Origin: Corallococcus caeni
GTDB lineage: Bacteria > Myxococcota > Myxococcia > Myxococcales > Myxococcaceae
NCBI RefSeq assembly: GCF_036245885.1
Contig: NZ_BTTX01000008.1
Reading direction: 5' to 3' (one strand)
DNA length: 64,000 nucleotides
Shown piece after piece: positions 26,828 to 36,195 of the stretch. The translations under genes were made by a program, and so were the position numbers. The stretch's first letter is position 1, and each line of letters starts with the position of its first letter. The notes under the pieces were generated by a model. That model did no database searches. It was not told the origin of the DNA and saw only the letters and a program-made list of their open reading frames with translations.

Positions 26828-28579
26828 ATGCGCTCCTTCTTTTCTCGAATGGACCTTCCCTTGCGTACAAAGGCTCAGAGCTGGGCGCTGGCCGCGCTGC
26901 TGGCCACCGCCGTCTCCCCCGCCGCGTTCGGACAGACCACCACGAGCCCGCTCAGGCCGCTGGACCTGGAGCGCCTGCGCTTCCAGCCGGCGGCGACGGA
27001 CTCGATGCTGGTGGACACCGGCCGCGTGCTCCCCGAGGGCGGCTACCGCATGCTCCTCATGGTCAACTACGAGCGCGGCATCCTCCTGCTCCAGGGCAGT
27101 GACGGGCTGGAGCGCTCCATCCTCCACTACCGCACCGCGGGCTGGCTGGCGGGCGCGTGGTCGCCGGTGGACCGGTTGGAGTTCTCCGCGAAGCTGCCCG
27201 TCATCATCGCGCAGGGCGGCCACGGCGCGGAGCAGCTGGTCGGCGTGAGCGAGCCGGACTCGTTCGGCCTGGGCACGCCGGAGCTGGGCGTGCGCTACGA
27301 GCTGCTGCGGCGGGAGGAAGGCGCGCCGGTGTTCCTGGGCCTGGGCCTGGACATCGGGCTGCCGGGCGGCACGGCGGACGCGTTCGGCCGTCAGGCGGGC
27401 TGGGCGGGGTTCCAGGTGGCGCCCCGCGTGTCGGTGAGCCGTGAGTTGGGGCCCGTGGTGCTGGGCGCCAACGCGGGCGTGCGGATCCGCTCCAAGGAAG
27501 TGGAGCCGGGCCGCGACGTCGGCACGGAGCTGGAGCAGGGCGTGGTGGTGGCCACGCGCGGCAAGGGGCTGCGCGGCGAAATCGCGCTGCAGGCCGCCGA
27601 GTCGCTCGTGGAGTCGGACTTCGCGCTGGAGCTGCTGGGCGGCGTGCGGCTGCCGGTGGGCGCGGGCTTCGAGGCGTTCGCGATTGGCGGGCACGGCTTC
27701 ACGGACATCCCGGGCACGCCGTCGTTCCGCCTGGGCGCGGGCATCGCGTACGCGAACGAGCCCGAGCCCGTGGACCGCTGCCGCACCGGCCGCAGCCACA
27801 CGCCGGAGCAGTGCCCCAACGAGGACGACGACGGCGACGGCGTGGCGAACAAGGACGACCGCTGCCCGCTGGAGTCCGGCTCCGTGGAGAACAACGGCTG
27901 CCCGGACAAGGACTCGGACGGCGACGGCGTGGTGGACCGCGAGGACCAGTGCCCGAACGAGGCCGGTCCGTCGTCCGAGCGCGGCTGCCCCGTGAAGGAC
28001 ACCGACAAGGACGGCGTGCCAGACAAGGACGATGCCTGCCCGAACGAGGCCGGTCCCGCGTCCGAGCGCGGCTGCCCCGTGAAGGACACGGACAAGGACG
28101 GCGTGCCGGACAAGGACGACGCCTGCCCGAACGAGGCCGGTCCCGCGTCCGAGCGTGGCTGCCCCGCCAAGCCGCAGAAGCCGCCCGAGGAGCCCAAGCC
28201 CCAGCCGCAGGAGGAGAAGCCCGCGGAGGAGACGACGTCGCCGCTGGAGCACATCGTCCAGTTCCCGGTGAACCAGTCGGAGTTCCAGGAGAACGAGCAG
28301 CAGCAGCTGGATGCCATCGCGGCGTACCTGAAGGCGAATCCGCAGCTGAGCATCCGGATTGAAGGCCACACGGACAACAGCGGTCCGGAGGAAGCCAACC
28401 GCACGCTGAGCCAGCAGCGCGCGAACCGCGTGCGCGCGTACCTCATCCAGAAGGGCATCGCGGGCTCGCGCATGGAGGCGAAGGGCTTCGGCCCCGACCG
28501 TCCGCGCGTGTCCAACGAGACGCCGGAAGGCCGCAGCGCGAACCGCCGCGTGGAGTTCGTGCCCGTGTCGGAGCGCTGA
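26828..28579 (+). CDS. OmpA-family outer-membrane protein with thrombospondin type-3 (TSP3) calcium-binding repeats
   Basis: Signal peptide (ALAALLATAVSPAAFGQ) and a beta-barrel-like N-terminal half. Repeated D-x-D-x-D-G-V-x-D-x-x-D-x-C-P motifs. The C-terminus IRIEGHTDNSGPEEANRTLSQQRANRVRAYL is a canonical OmpA_C domain. The gene starts 4 nt after the Kelch gene. Confidence 0.9.
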   Translation: MRSFFSRMDLPLRTKAQSWALAALLATAVSPAAFGQTTTSPLRPLDLERLRFQPAATDSMLVDTGRVLPEGGYRMLLMVNYERGILLLQGSDGLERSILHYRTAGWLAGAWSPVDRLEFSAKLPVIIAQGGHGAEQLVGVSEPDSFGLGTPELGVRYELLRREEGAPVFLGLGLDIGLPGGTADAFGRQAGWAGFQVAPRVSVSRELGPVVLGANAGVRIRSKEVEPGRDVGTELEQGVVVATRGKGLRGEIALQAAESLVESDFALELLGGVRLPVGAGFEAFAIGGHGFTDIPGTPSFRLGAGIAYANEPEPVDRCRTGRSHTPEQCPNEDDDGDGVANKDDRCPLESGSVENNGCPDKDSDGDGVVDREDQCPNEAGPSSERGCPVKDTDKDGVPDKDDACPNEAGPASERGCPVKDTDKDGVPDKDDACPNEAGPASERGCPAKPQKPPEEPKPQPQEEKPAEETTSPLEHIVQFPVNQSEFQENEQQQLDAIAAYLKANPQLSIRIEGHTDNSGPEEANRTLSQQRANRVRAYLIQKGIAGSRMEAKGFGPDRPRVSNETPEGRSANRRVEFVPVSER

Positions 28580-28722
28580 CCTCCGCCCGCATCAACGTGA
28601 CGCCGCTTCGTGTTCACCCACGAAGCGGCGCGCGGGAGTTCGTCCCCGTCTCCGGACGCTGACACTCCCGCACGCAGCAACGTGCGCCGCTTCGTGTTCA
28701 CCCACGAAGCGGCGCACAGCCG
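28566..28722. repeat. tandem ~85-bp duplication of the OmpA gene 3' end plus its terminator hairpin (two copies of an 11-bp-stem hairpin gccgcttcgtg-ttcacc-cacgaagcggc)
   Basis: Read directly: ...gagttcgtgcccgtgtcggagcgctgacctcc...caacgtgacgccgcttcgtgttcacccacgaagcggcgc is followed by gagttcgtccccgtctccggacgctgacactcc...caacgtgcgccgcttcgtgttcacccacgaagcggcgc. Confidence 0.7.
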
Positions 28723-28724
28723 TT

Positions 28725-29507
28725 TCAGGCCTCTTCGGGATGCAGCTGCACCAGCGCCGGCAGCTCCGCCGCGCGGTCCCGCAGCCGGACCTTGGGGCGG
28801 ATGGCCACCGGAACGCGGGCCGCCGCGAGCAGGTCCAGGTCGAACACGTTGTCGCCGAAGGCGGCGTAGAGCGGCCGGTCCGTGCGCTGCCTCAGGCAGG
28901 ACACCTTGCCGGGGCCGTAGGGCACGGGCTCGAAGACGGACGTCTGCAACCGTCCGCCCTCCTCTTTCGGCGTGCACGCCAGCACGAACTCGGACGTGAG
29001 CCCCACCTCGCGCACGGCCGCCTCCACCACCGCGCGCGGCGACGCGCTGACCACGTAGCAGTCCACGCCCTGCCCGCGGGCCCACTCCACCACGCGGCGG
29101 GCTTCCGGGTGGATGCGGCGGGCCACGTCCTTGCGGGTCACCACCTCCTGGGCGAAGCCGCGCATCTCCTCCGCGTGCCAGCCCGCGAAGATCCACGCCA
29201 TCATCTCGTAGGTGTCCTTCTCCGGCAGCCGCCCGGCCTCGAACGCCTTGAACAGCGCGTGCGCCAGCGTCACCGCGTCCGGATGCACCTCCACGCCGTG
29301 GCGGGCGCCCAGCCGCTCCAGCGCCACGCGGGCCTCGGGCCGCACGCCGCCGTGCTCCAGCAGGGCCATGAACAGGTCATCCCCCACGTCCCCGCTCCAC
29401 AACGTGCCGTCCCCGTCGAAGGCCAGCACGCCGTCCGGCGTCCGCTCCACCTCGCGACGGATGCGCTCCAGCGTCTCCTCGACCCGCTCAGTCCTCATGG
29501 GCGCCAT
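28725..29507 (-). CDS. HAD-superfamily (HAD-IB-like) hydrolase
   Basis: Motif I LAFDGDGTLW, a Ser/Thr motif (YVVSASP) and a C-terminal GDNVFDLDLL region. The start could be 29507 or 29498. Confidence 0.8.
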   Translation of the reverse strand: MAPMRTERVEETLERIRREVERTPDGVLAFDGDGTLWSGDVGDDLFMALLEHGGVRPEARVALERLGARHGVEVHPDAVTLAHALFKAFEAGRLPEKDTYEMMAWIFAGWHAEEMRGFAQEVVTRKDVARRIHPEARRVVEWARGQGVDCYVVSASPRAVVEAAVREVGLTSEFVLACTPKEEGGRLQTSVFEPVPYGPGKVSCLRQRTDRPLYAAFGDNVFDLDLLAAARVPVAIRPKVRLRDRAAELPALVQLHPEEA

Positions 29508-29584
29508 CCTCGCTGGCCTGACTGTCCAGTGTCATCCGGGTCCGCGAAGCCGGGCCACGGGCTGTTCACCAGCGACGTGGAGGT

Positions 29585-30163
29585 GTGACTACCCTCCAGG
29601 GCATGGCACGGACAGAGAAGGAGAAGATGCTCGCGGGGGAGCTGTACCTCGCCACCGATCCACAGCTGATGGCCGAGCGGGCCCGCGCCCGCAAGCTCCT
29701 GCGCCGCTACAACCAGTCCACCGAGGACGAGCTGCCCGAGCGTGAGAGCCTGCTCACCGAGCTGCTGGGCAAGGTGGGCGCGGGGACGTGGATCGAACCG
29801 CCCTTCTATTGCGACTACGGCGAGCACATCCGGCTGGGCGAGCGCGTCTTCATGAACTTCCAGTGCGTCATCCTGGATTGCAACACGGTGACGATTGGCG
29901 ACGACGTGTCCTTCGGCCCGGGCGTGCAGGTGTACGCGGCCACGCATCCCCTGGACCCGGATGAGCGCATCAAGGGCCCGGAGCTGGGCCGCGCCATCAC
30001 CATCGGCTCGAAGGTGTGGATTGGCGGCGGCTCCATCATCTGCCCGGGCGTGACCATCGGGGAGGGCTCCACCATCGGCGCGGGCAGCGTGGTGACCCGG
30101 GACATCCCGCCGTATGTCTTCGCCGCCGGCAACCCCTGCCGCGTCATCCGGAACCTCCGGTAA
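29585..30163 (+). CDS. maltose/galactoside O-acetyltransferase-like left-handed beta-helix (hexapeptide) acetyltransferase
   Basis: Maa N-terminal region (LAGELYLATDPQLMAERARARKLLRRYN) followed by hexapeptide repeats (IGDDVSFGPGVQV, IGSKVWIGGGSIICPGVTIGEGSTIGAGSVV). Confidence 0.85.
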   Translation: MTTLQGMARTEKEKMLAGELYLATDPQLMAERARARKLLRRYNQSTEDELPERESLLTELLGKVGAGTWIEPPFYCDYGEHIRLGERVFMNFQCVILDCNTVTIGDDVSFGPGVQVYAATHPLDPDERIKGPELGRAITIGSKVWIGGGSIICPGVTIGEGSTIGAGSVVTRDIPPYVFAAGNPCRVIRNLR

Positions 30164-30169
30164 CGGCGC

Positions 30170-31738
30170 TCAGCCCATGCGCGTCGCGGAAGCGCACTTC
30201 GCCAGGGACTCGCGGAGCGCATCGAGCGGCGAGTCCGGAAGGTCGACCGAGCGCCAGGCCACGTAGCCATCCGGGCGGATCAGCGACGCGCCTCCCGCCT
30301 TCAGCCCGAACGCGCTCCGGAACGCCTCCGCCTCCACCGGCCGCACGTCCCCGCCGATGCGCACGCACTCCAGCGCGAGGCCTGACGCCCTGGCGACGCG
30401 CGCCACGGCCGACTCCCACCGCGAGTCCTCGGTGAGGAGCACCCACGTCCGCTGGAGCAGGTCGAGCGTCGACACCCGCTCACCGCCCTTCTCCACCCAG
30501 AGATGGGGCGCGCGCGTACCGGGCTGACCAGCCCACTGGTCGGGCCGGGCCGCGGGCGGCAGCGTCGCGTCCGTGCCCAGCACCGCATCCGAGCGGTAGA
30601 GCTGACCAAACTCCATGGCCGCGTCATCGAGGATGGGCGCGTCGCTGCCCGGCGCCGCCATGGGCTTGAAGTCGTCGCGCGCGAAGATCTGCTGGTGCCT
30701 CAGCCACGCGATGGGCCGCCGTTCAGCGTCATACGTGTCGAGCAGCCGGGGTGACGCCGTACCGGAGTGCACCGCGGCCAGCTTCCACGCGAGGTTGTGC
30801 GCATCGTCGATGCCCGTGTTCGCCCCGTAGCCGCCGCGGTTGGGCGGCAGCGTGTGCGCGGCGTCTCCAGCGAGGAACACCCGGCCGGAGGCGAAGCGGT
30901 CCGCGATCAGCGCGCTGATCTCCCAGCGCCCCGTGGTGAGCACCTCGACCGGCAGGTCGTCCCGGCCAATCGCCCGGGCGATGATGGCGCGGAGCTCGGC
31001 GTCATCCAGCTCGCGGTCCTCCCCGTGGATCAGCAGCCAGCGGCCGTCGCCGTACGTGGTGAGGAACGCCTCGAAGCCCGGCTGCACGATGTTGAACTGC
31101 GAGACGCCCGCCTTCAGGTACTCCTGCAACGGCGCTCGGAAGATGGCGCTGCGCGCGGTGCGCATGAGGCCCCGCCCGCTCCGGCCAATGCCGAGCGCCT
31201 CGCGGACCGGGCTTCGATGTCCGTCCGCCGCGACCAGGTAGTCGGCTCGCAGCAGCTCCTCCTGGCCGTCGCGGCCGCGCAACCACGCGACGACGCCGTC
31301 GGCGCTCTGTTCGAACCGGACCAACTCCGTCCCCAGCCGCAGGTCCGCGCCCAGCGCGAGCGCCTGCTCCCGGAGGATGGGCTCCAGGCGATCCTGCGCC
31401 ATCGCCGCACCCCGGCACGGCGAGAACTCCAGGTCGGGCACGTTCCGGTCCTCCGGCGTCCAGGCGGACTCCTCGAACCACTGTCCGCTCAGGCTCTCCG
31501 CCCGGACCCGCCGCAGCCGCATTCCTGGAGGCGCCTGGGGGATGCGCGCGCCCAGGCCCACGGCGCGGAGCAGCTCCAGGGTCCGGGGCGTGAAGCCGAT
31601 GGCGCGGGGATGCGGATGGCTCCCCGGATGTCGCTCGACCACCACTGTCGGAACGCCTCGCCACGCGAGGAACACCGCGGCTGACAACCCCACCAGACTG
31701 CCACCCACCACGAGCACCGCCGTCGACTTCGTCTCCAT
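30170..31738 (-). CDS. FAD-dependent aromatic-ring monooxygenase (PHBH/FAD_binding_3 family)
   Basis: The ATG at 31738 gives METKSTAVLVVGGSLVGLSAAVFLAWRG (GxGxxG), a DG motif (LVAADGHRSPVR) and GD (FLAGDAAHTLPPNRGGYGANTGIDDAHNLAWKL). The longer ORF extending to 32170 is junk. Confidence 0.85.
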   Translation of the reverse strand: METKSTAVLVVGGSLVGLSAAVFLAWRGVPTVVVERHPGSHPHPRAIGFTPRTLELLRAVGLGARIPQAPPGMRLRRVRAESLSGQWFEESAWTPEDRNVPDLEFSPCRGAAMAQDRLEPILREQALALGADLRLGTELVRFEQSADGVVAWLRGRDGQEELLRADYLVAADGHRSPVREALGIGRSGRGLMRTARSAIFRAPLQEYLKAGVSQFNIVQPGFEAFLTTYGDGRWLLIHGEDRELDDAELRAIIARAIGRDDLPVEVLTTGRWEISALIADRFASGRVFLAGDAAHTLPPNRGGYGANTGIDDAHNLAWKLAAVHSGTASPRLLDTYDAERRPIAWLRHQQIFARDDFKPMAAPGSDAPILDDAAMEFGQLYRSDAVLGTDATLPPAARPDQWAGQPGTRAPHLWVEKGGERVSTLDLLQRTWVLLTEDSRWESAVARVARASGLALECVRIGGDVRPVEAEAFRSAFGLKAGGASLIRPDGYVAWRSVDLPDSPLDALRESLAKCASATRMG

Positions 31739-31754
31739 CGCACCCTCCGATTCG

Positions 31755-31789
31755 CCGTATCCGTCGATACAGTGTATCGACGAATACGG
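31755..31789. promoter_or_regulatory. 17-bp inverted repeat (one mismatch) in the TetR/monooxygenase divergent intergenic region; likely the TetR operator
   Basis: ccgtatccgtcgataca-g-tgtatcgacgaatacgg lies 17 nt from the monooxygenase ATG and 38 nt from the TetR ATG. Confidence 0.65.
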
Positions 31790-31827
31790 GTTGTCAATGT
31801 GGACGGAAATGGGCAAGACGGAGAGCG

Positions 31828-32565
31828 ATGAGCCCTGGACGCAAACCGAGTGCGAAGAAGGCCCCCGTGGTCTGGGAGCGCCCCGAGCCCGCCCAAAGGC
31901 CCCCGCCCGTCCCGCTGAGCCGGGAGGCCATCGTGCAGGCGGCCATGGGGCTCGCCGACAAGGAGGGGCTCGACGCCGTGTCGCTGCGCAACGTGGCGGC
32001 CGCGCTGGAGGCCGGCCCCATGCGGCTCTACGGCTACGTGGCCACGAAGGAGGAGCTGCTCGAGCTGATGGTGGACGAGGTCTACGGGGAGATGGCCGCG
32101 GACGGCCGTCTGCGCGGGGACTGGCGCAAGGCCCTGCGCGCCGTCGCCCACCGCATGCGGCGGGCGTCACGCAAGCACCCGTGGTTCACCGCCCTGCTGG
32201 GCGGCCGTCCCCACCTGGGTCCCCACGCGCTCGCGCACCTCGAGGCGTCACTGGCCGCGCTGGGGGACGCGCCGGGGTTCGAGGACATCGACACCGTCAT
32301 GCACGCCCTGCGGACGGTCAACGCCTACGTCATCGGCGCCATCCAGTCCGAGGCCAGCGAGCTGCGCTCCGAAGTCCAGAGCGGCAAGACCAAGACGGAG
32401 TGGCAGAACGCCACGGGGCCCTACCTCCAGCGGATGCTCGCCACCGGCCAGTTCCCGATGCTCGCGAGGGTGATGCAGGACGCGACGCACCCGCCCCTGG
32501 ACGCGCTGTTCGACCAGGGACTGGAGTGCGTGCTCGACGGGCTCGCGGCGCGGCGCTCACGCTGA
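31828..32565 (+). CDS. TetR/AcrR-family transcriptional regulator
   Basis: HTH region REAIVQAAMGLADKEGLDAVSLRNVAAALEAGPMRLYGYVATKEEL followed by an all-helical ligand-binding domain. It is divergent from the monooxygenase gene. Confidence 0.85.
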   Translation: MSPGRKPSAKKAPVVWERPEPAQRPPPVPLSREAIVQAAMGLADKEGLDAVSLRNVAAALEAGPMRLYGYVATKEELLELMVDEVYGEMAADGRLRGDWRKALRAVAHRMRRASRKHPWFTALLGGRPHLGPHALAHLEASLAALGDAPGFEDIDTVMHALRTVNAYVIGAIQSEASELRSEVQSGKTKTEWQNATGPYLQRMLATGQFPMLARVMQDATHPPLDALFDQGLECVLDGLAARRSR

Positions 32566-32579
32566 CCCGGCGGGAGACG

Positions 32580-33284
32580 TCAGCCCACGGCCTGGTGGGT
32601 CTCGGTGACGCCCTGGTACTTGTAGGCGCCGCCGTCGTACGGGGTGATGGCGTCGTCGGCCTTCTTGGTGCAGGCCGCGGCGGTGGGGTCGAAGGCCTGG
32701 AACTGGCCCTTGTCGTCCTTGAACTCCACCCACGCGTGAAGGCCCTGGTCCGTGTTGCCGAAGGCGACGCGCGCCTCCACGCCAGCCTGCTCGAAGCGCT
32801 GCTCGGCCTCGATGGCCATGTCCACGCAGACGCCAGACTTGGACGCGTCGAAGTTACCGGCGTTCTTCATGGCGGCATCCCACGTCTTGCCGCCCGAGTA
32901 GTCGTACTTCCAGGACGTGGCCTCCTTCGCGATGTCCTGGGCCACCTGATCCGCGCTCTTGCCGGAGGACGGGCCCTTCGCGCCCTGCGGCTTGGACGGC
33001 TCGAAGCTGTCGCGGTTCCGGTCCTGCTGGAAGCTCTGTGAGAGGGTGGGCTTCGGGTCCGGGCCCTTCGCGCCCTCGCCCTTCAGCAGGGCCTCCTTGG
33101 TCAGGCCCAGCTCCTTCAGCAGCTTCGCGAACTCCTGGGGCTGCTTCGCGGAGTCCACCGTCTTCACCGGCTTGCCATCGGGGGTGACGACCTTCACCAC
33201 GACATTCCGAGGGGCCTGCGCGGCTTCGGAAGGACGCATCGCGCACGGGTTTGAGGACGGACGCGGCAGGGAGGAGATCGCCAT
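32580..33284 (-). CDS. hypothetical secreted/Pro-rich protein with a possible transglutaminase/papain-like Cys-His core
   Basis: Coding-like ORF. A C-terminal GVCVDMAIEAEQRF...HAWVEF region hints at a Cys/His fold, but this is weak. The start at 33284 is uncertain. Confidence 0.5.
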   Translation of the reverse strand: MAISSLPRPSSNPCAMRPSEAAQAPRNVVVKVVTPDGKPVKTVDSAKQPQEFAKLLKELGLTKEALLKGEGAKGPDPKPTLSQSFQQDRNRDSFEPSKPQGAKGPSSGKSADQVAQDIAKEATSWKYDYSGGKTWDAAMKNAGNFDASKSGVCVDMAIEAEQRFEQAGVEARVAFGNTDQGLHAWVEFKDDKGQFQAFDPTAAACTKKADDAITPYDGGAYKYQGVTETHQAVG

Positions 33285-33468
33285 GGGACAGGGCCTCGAT
33301 GGAACAGCGGGGATGCCTGTCCCATGAGCACGGCGTGTGCCAGCGCTCGTGCGCCCTGGAGTGAGCGCCAAACCCCTGTGTTTCCAGGCCCCGTGGGCCG
33401 GTCCCCGTCAGCGAAGGCCCGCGCCGCTGATGACTGTCGTTGGAGGGGTGATGGCCGGCGTCATCACC

Positions 33469-34662
33469 CTACCCTGCCGGCTCGGAGACGCCGTCGGGCT
33501 CCGCGTCCTCCGGTTCCTCCGGCCCCTCCACGGTGCGCTCCAGCGTGCGAGCGAGCGCGGCCCGGGCCTCCGCCGCCTCCTCGAAGGGCTCATCGCTCCC
33601 AGCCCGCGCCGGGGCAGGCACCGTCGCGTCCAGCTCCTCCGGGTGCAGGCGGAACCACTTCGCGACGAGCATCAGCTCCTGGGCCTCCTGCGCGCGGAGG
33701 CCCATCGCCTCCGGCTCCGGCATGGCGAAGATGTCCCGCACCCGCGCGTCCAGCGCCGAGTGCTCCTCCGGCGTCCGGGGCGCGGGGACCTCCGCGCGGA
33801 TCCGTCCCCGCCGGAGCACGTACGTGCGGTCGTCGCCGCCGTGCCCGCGCACCGTGTAGACCAGCGACAGCCGCCGCAGCGTGCGCCCCAGCTCGACGAT
33901 CCACGCCTGGACGTTCTCCAGCCGCTCCGCGCGGTCGCGCAGCTCCGCCGCGTACTCGAACTGGAGCCGCCGCGCCGCCATCGCCATGCGCTCGCGCAGG
34001 ATGACCAGCGGCCGGTCCGACTCGCCGTTGAGGAACGCCCGCGCCAGCGCGACCTGCGCATGGTACTCCGCCGTCGTGCACCCGGCCGCGCACGGCGAGA
34101 GGCACCGCGCCGTCTGCCCGCGCATGCACCGCGGGTCGTCCTTCATGGGGAAGAGTTGAATCTGATCCGCCAGCCGCATGGGCGTCTCGGACGGGCAGTC
34201 GCGCAGCTCCAGCAGGTCGTTCACCGCGCGCACCACGTCCGCCATCGTGTGCCGGCCGTGGAAGGGCCCGAAGTACTCCGCGGTCCCGCCGCCGCCGGGC
34301 TGCCCCACCACGCGCAGCCGGGGCACGGCCTCGCGCGTGAGCTGGAGGAAGCAGTGCGCGCGGTCGCGCTTGTGCTCCACGTTGTAGAGGGGCCGGTGGC
34401 TCTTGATGAGCCGGAACTCGTGCAGGAGCGCCGCGAACTCGCTGGCCGTGTACTCCCACTCCACCTGGTGCGACTGGGAGACGATCTCCCACGCCTTCTC
34501 GCCCTCGTCCGCGCGGAAGTACGACAGGAGCCGCGTGCGCACCCGCACGGACTTGCCCACGTAGAGCAGCTCACCGGCGGGACCGAAGAACCGGTACACG
34601 CCGGGCCGGTTCTCCGCGCTCGCGCGGACGTGACTCAGGAGGGTGGCGGTGCGCGGGTCCAT
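33469..34662 (-). CDS. UvrC-homologue (Cho-like) GIY-YIG excinuclease: the N-terminal half of UvrC only
   Basis: GIY-YIG motif (GVYRFFGPAGELLYVGKSVRVRTRLLSYF) and a UvrC Cys-rich homology region (CMRGQTARCLSPCAAGCTTAEYHAQVALARAFLNG). No UvrC C-terminal RNaseH/HhH part is present. Confidence 0.8.
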   Translation of the reverse strand: MDPRTATLLSHVRASAENRPGVYRFFGPAGELLYVGKSVRVRTRLLSYFRADEGEKAWEIVSQSHQVEWEYTASEFAALLHEFRLIKSHRPLYNVEHKRDRAHCFLQLTREAVPRLRVVGQPGGGGTAEYFGPFHGRHTMADVVRAVNDLLELRDCPSETPMRLADQIQLFPMKDDPRCMRGQTARCLSPCAAGCTTAEYHAQVALARAFLNGESDRPLVILRERMAMAARRLQFEYAAELRDRAERLENVQAWIVELGRTLRRLSLVYTVRGHGGDDRTYVLRRGRIRAEVPAPRTPEEHSALDARVRDIFAMPEPEAMGLRAQEAQELMLVAKWFRLHPEELDATVPAPARAGSDEPFEEAAEARAALARTLERTVEGPEEPEDAEPDGVSEPAG

Positions 34663-34791
34663 GCGGCGAGAGCGCCGGGCCTACGCGCCCGGGCACCGCA
34701 GGCTAACCCGCCACGTCCCGCCATACCGCCGTCCGCGTCAGGCCTTCTTCAACCCGGCCGGGGGGCGGCCAGCGGAACGCGCGCCCGAGGC

Positions 34792-35970
<1,179 letters not shown>

Positions 35971-36195
35971 TTATACCCAGCCCGCCCGTCCGGAGGCACC
36001 CGCTTCCTGGGGGACGCCTGCCTGGTCCCCGGGAGGCCGTTCCCCCGGGGAAGGCTCCGGTTTCCCTACCCGGCCCCCGGGGGCGGGGTCGGAAGCCGGC
36101 ATTTCCGGGGCGTGGCGGCGGTTACATTGGGTCCTCCGGTACACGATTCACCGCGCGTCTTGGGTCGCCGCGCCATTTCCGTTACAAGCCGCCGC

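Noticed and set aside
23540-28369. 1609-aa minus-strand ORF
   Set aside because: Antisense to the Kelch/HYR and OmpA genes. Its translation is dominated by R, G, A, V, H, D and Q runs with no domain signal.
28588-28722. Possible CRISPR-like repeat
   Set aside because: There are only two copies of the hairpin repeat and the intervening sequence is itself duplicated gene-end sequence, not a spacer. No cas genes are nearby.
31377-33041. 554-aa plus-strand ORF spanning the TetR region in another frame
   Set aside because: Gly/Arg/Ala-rich. The TetR HTH protein in the frame starting at 31828 is clearly real.
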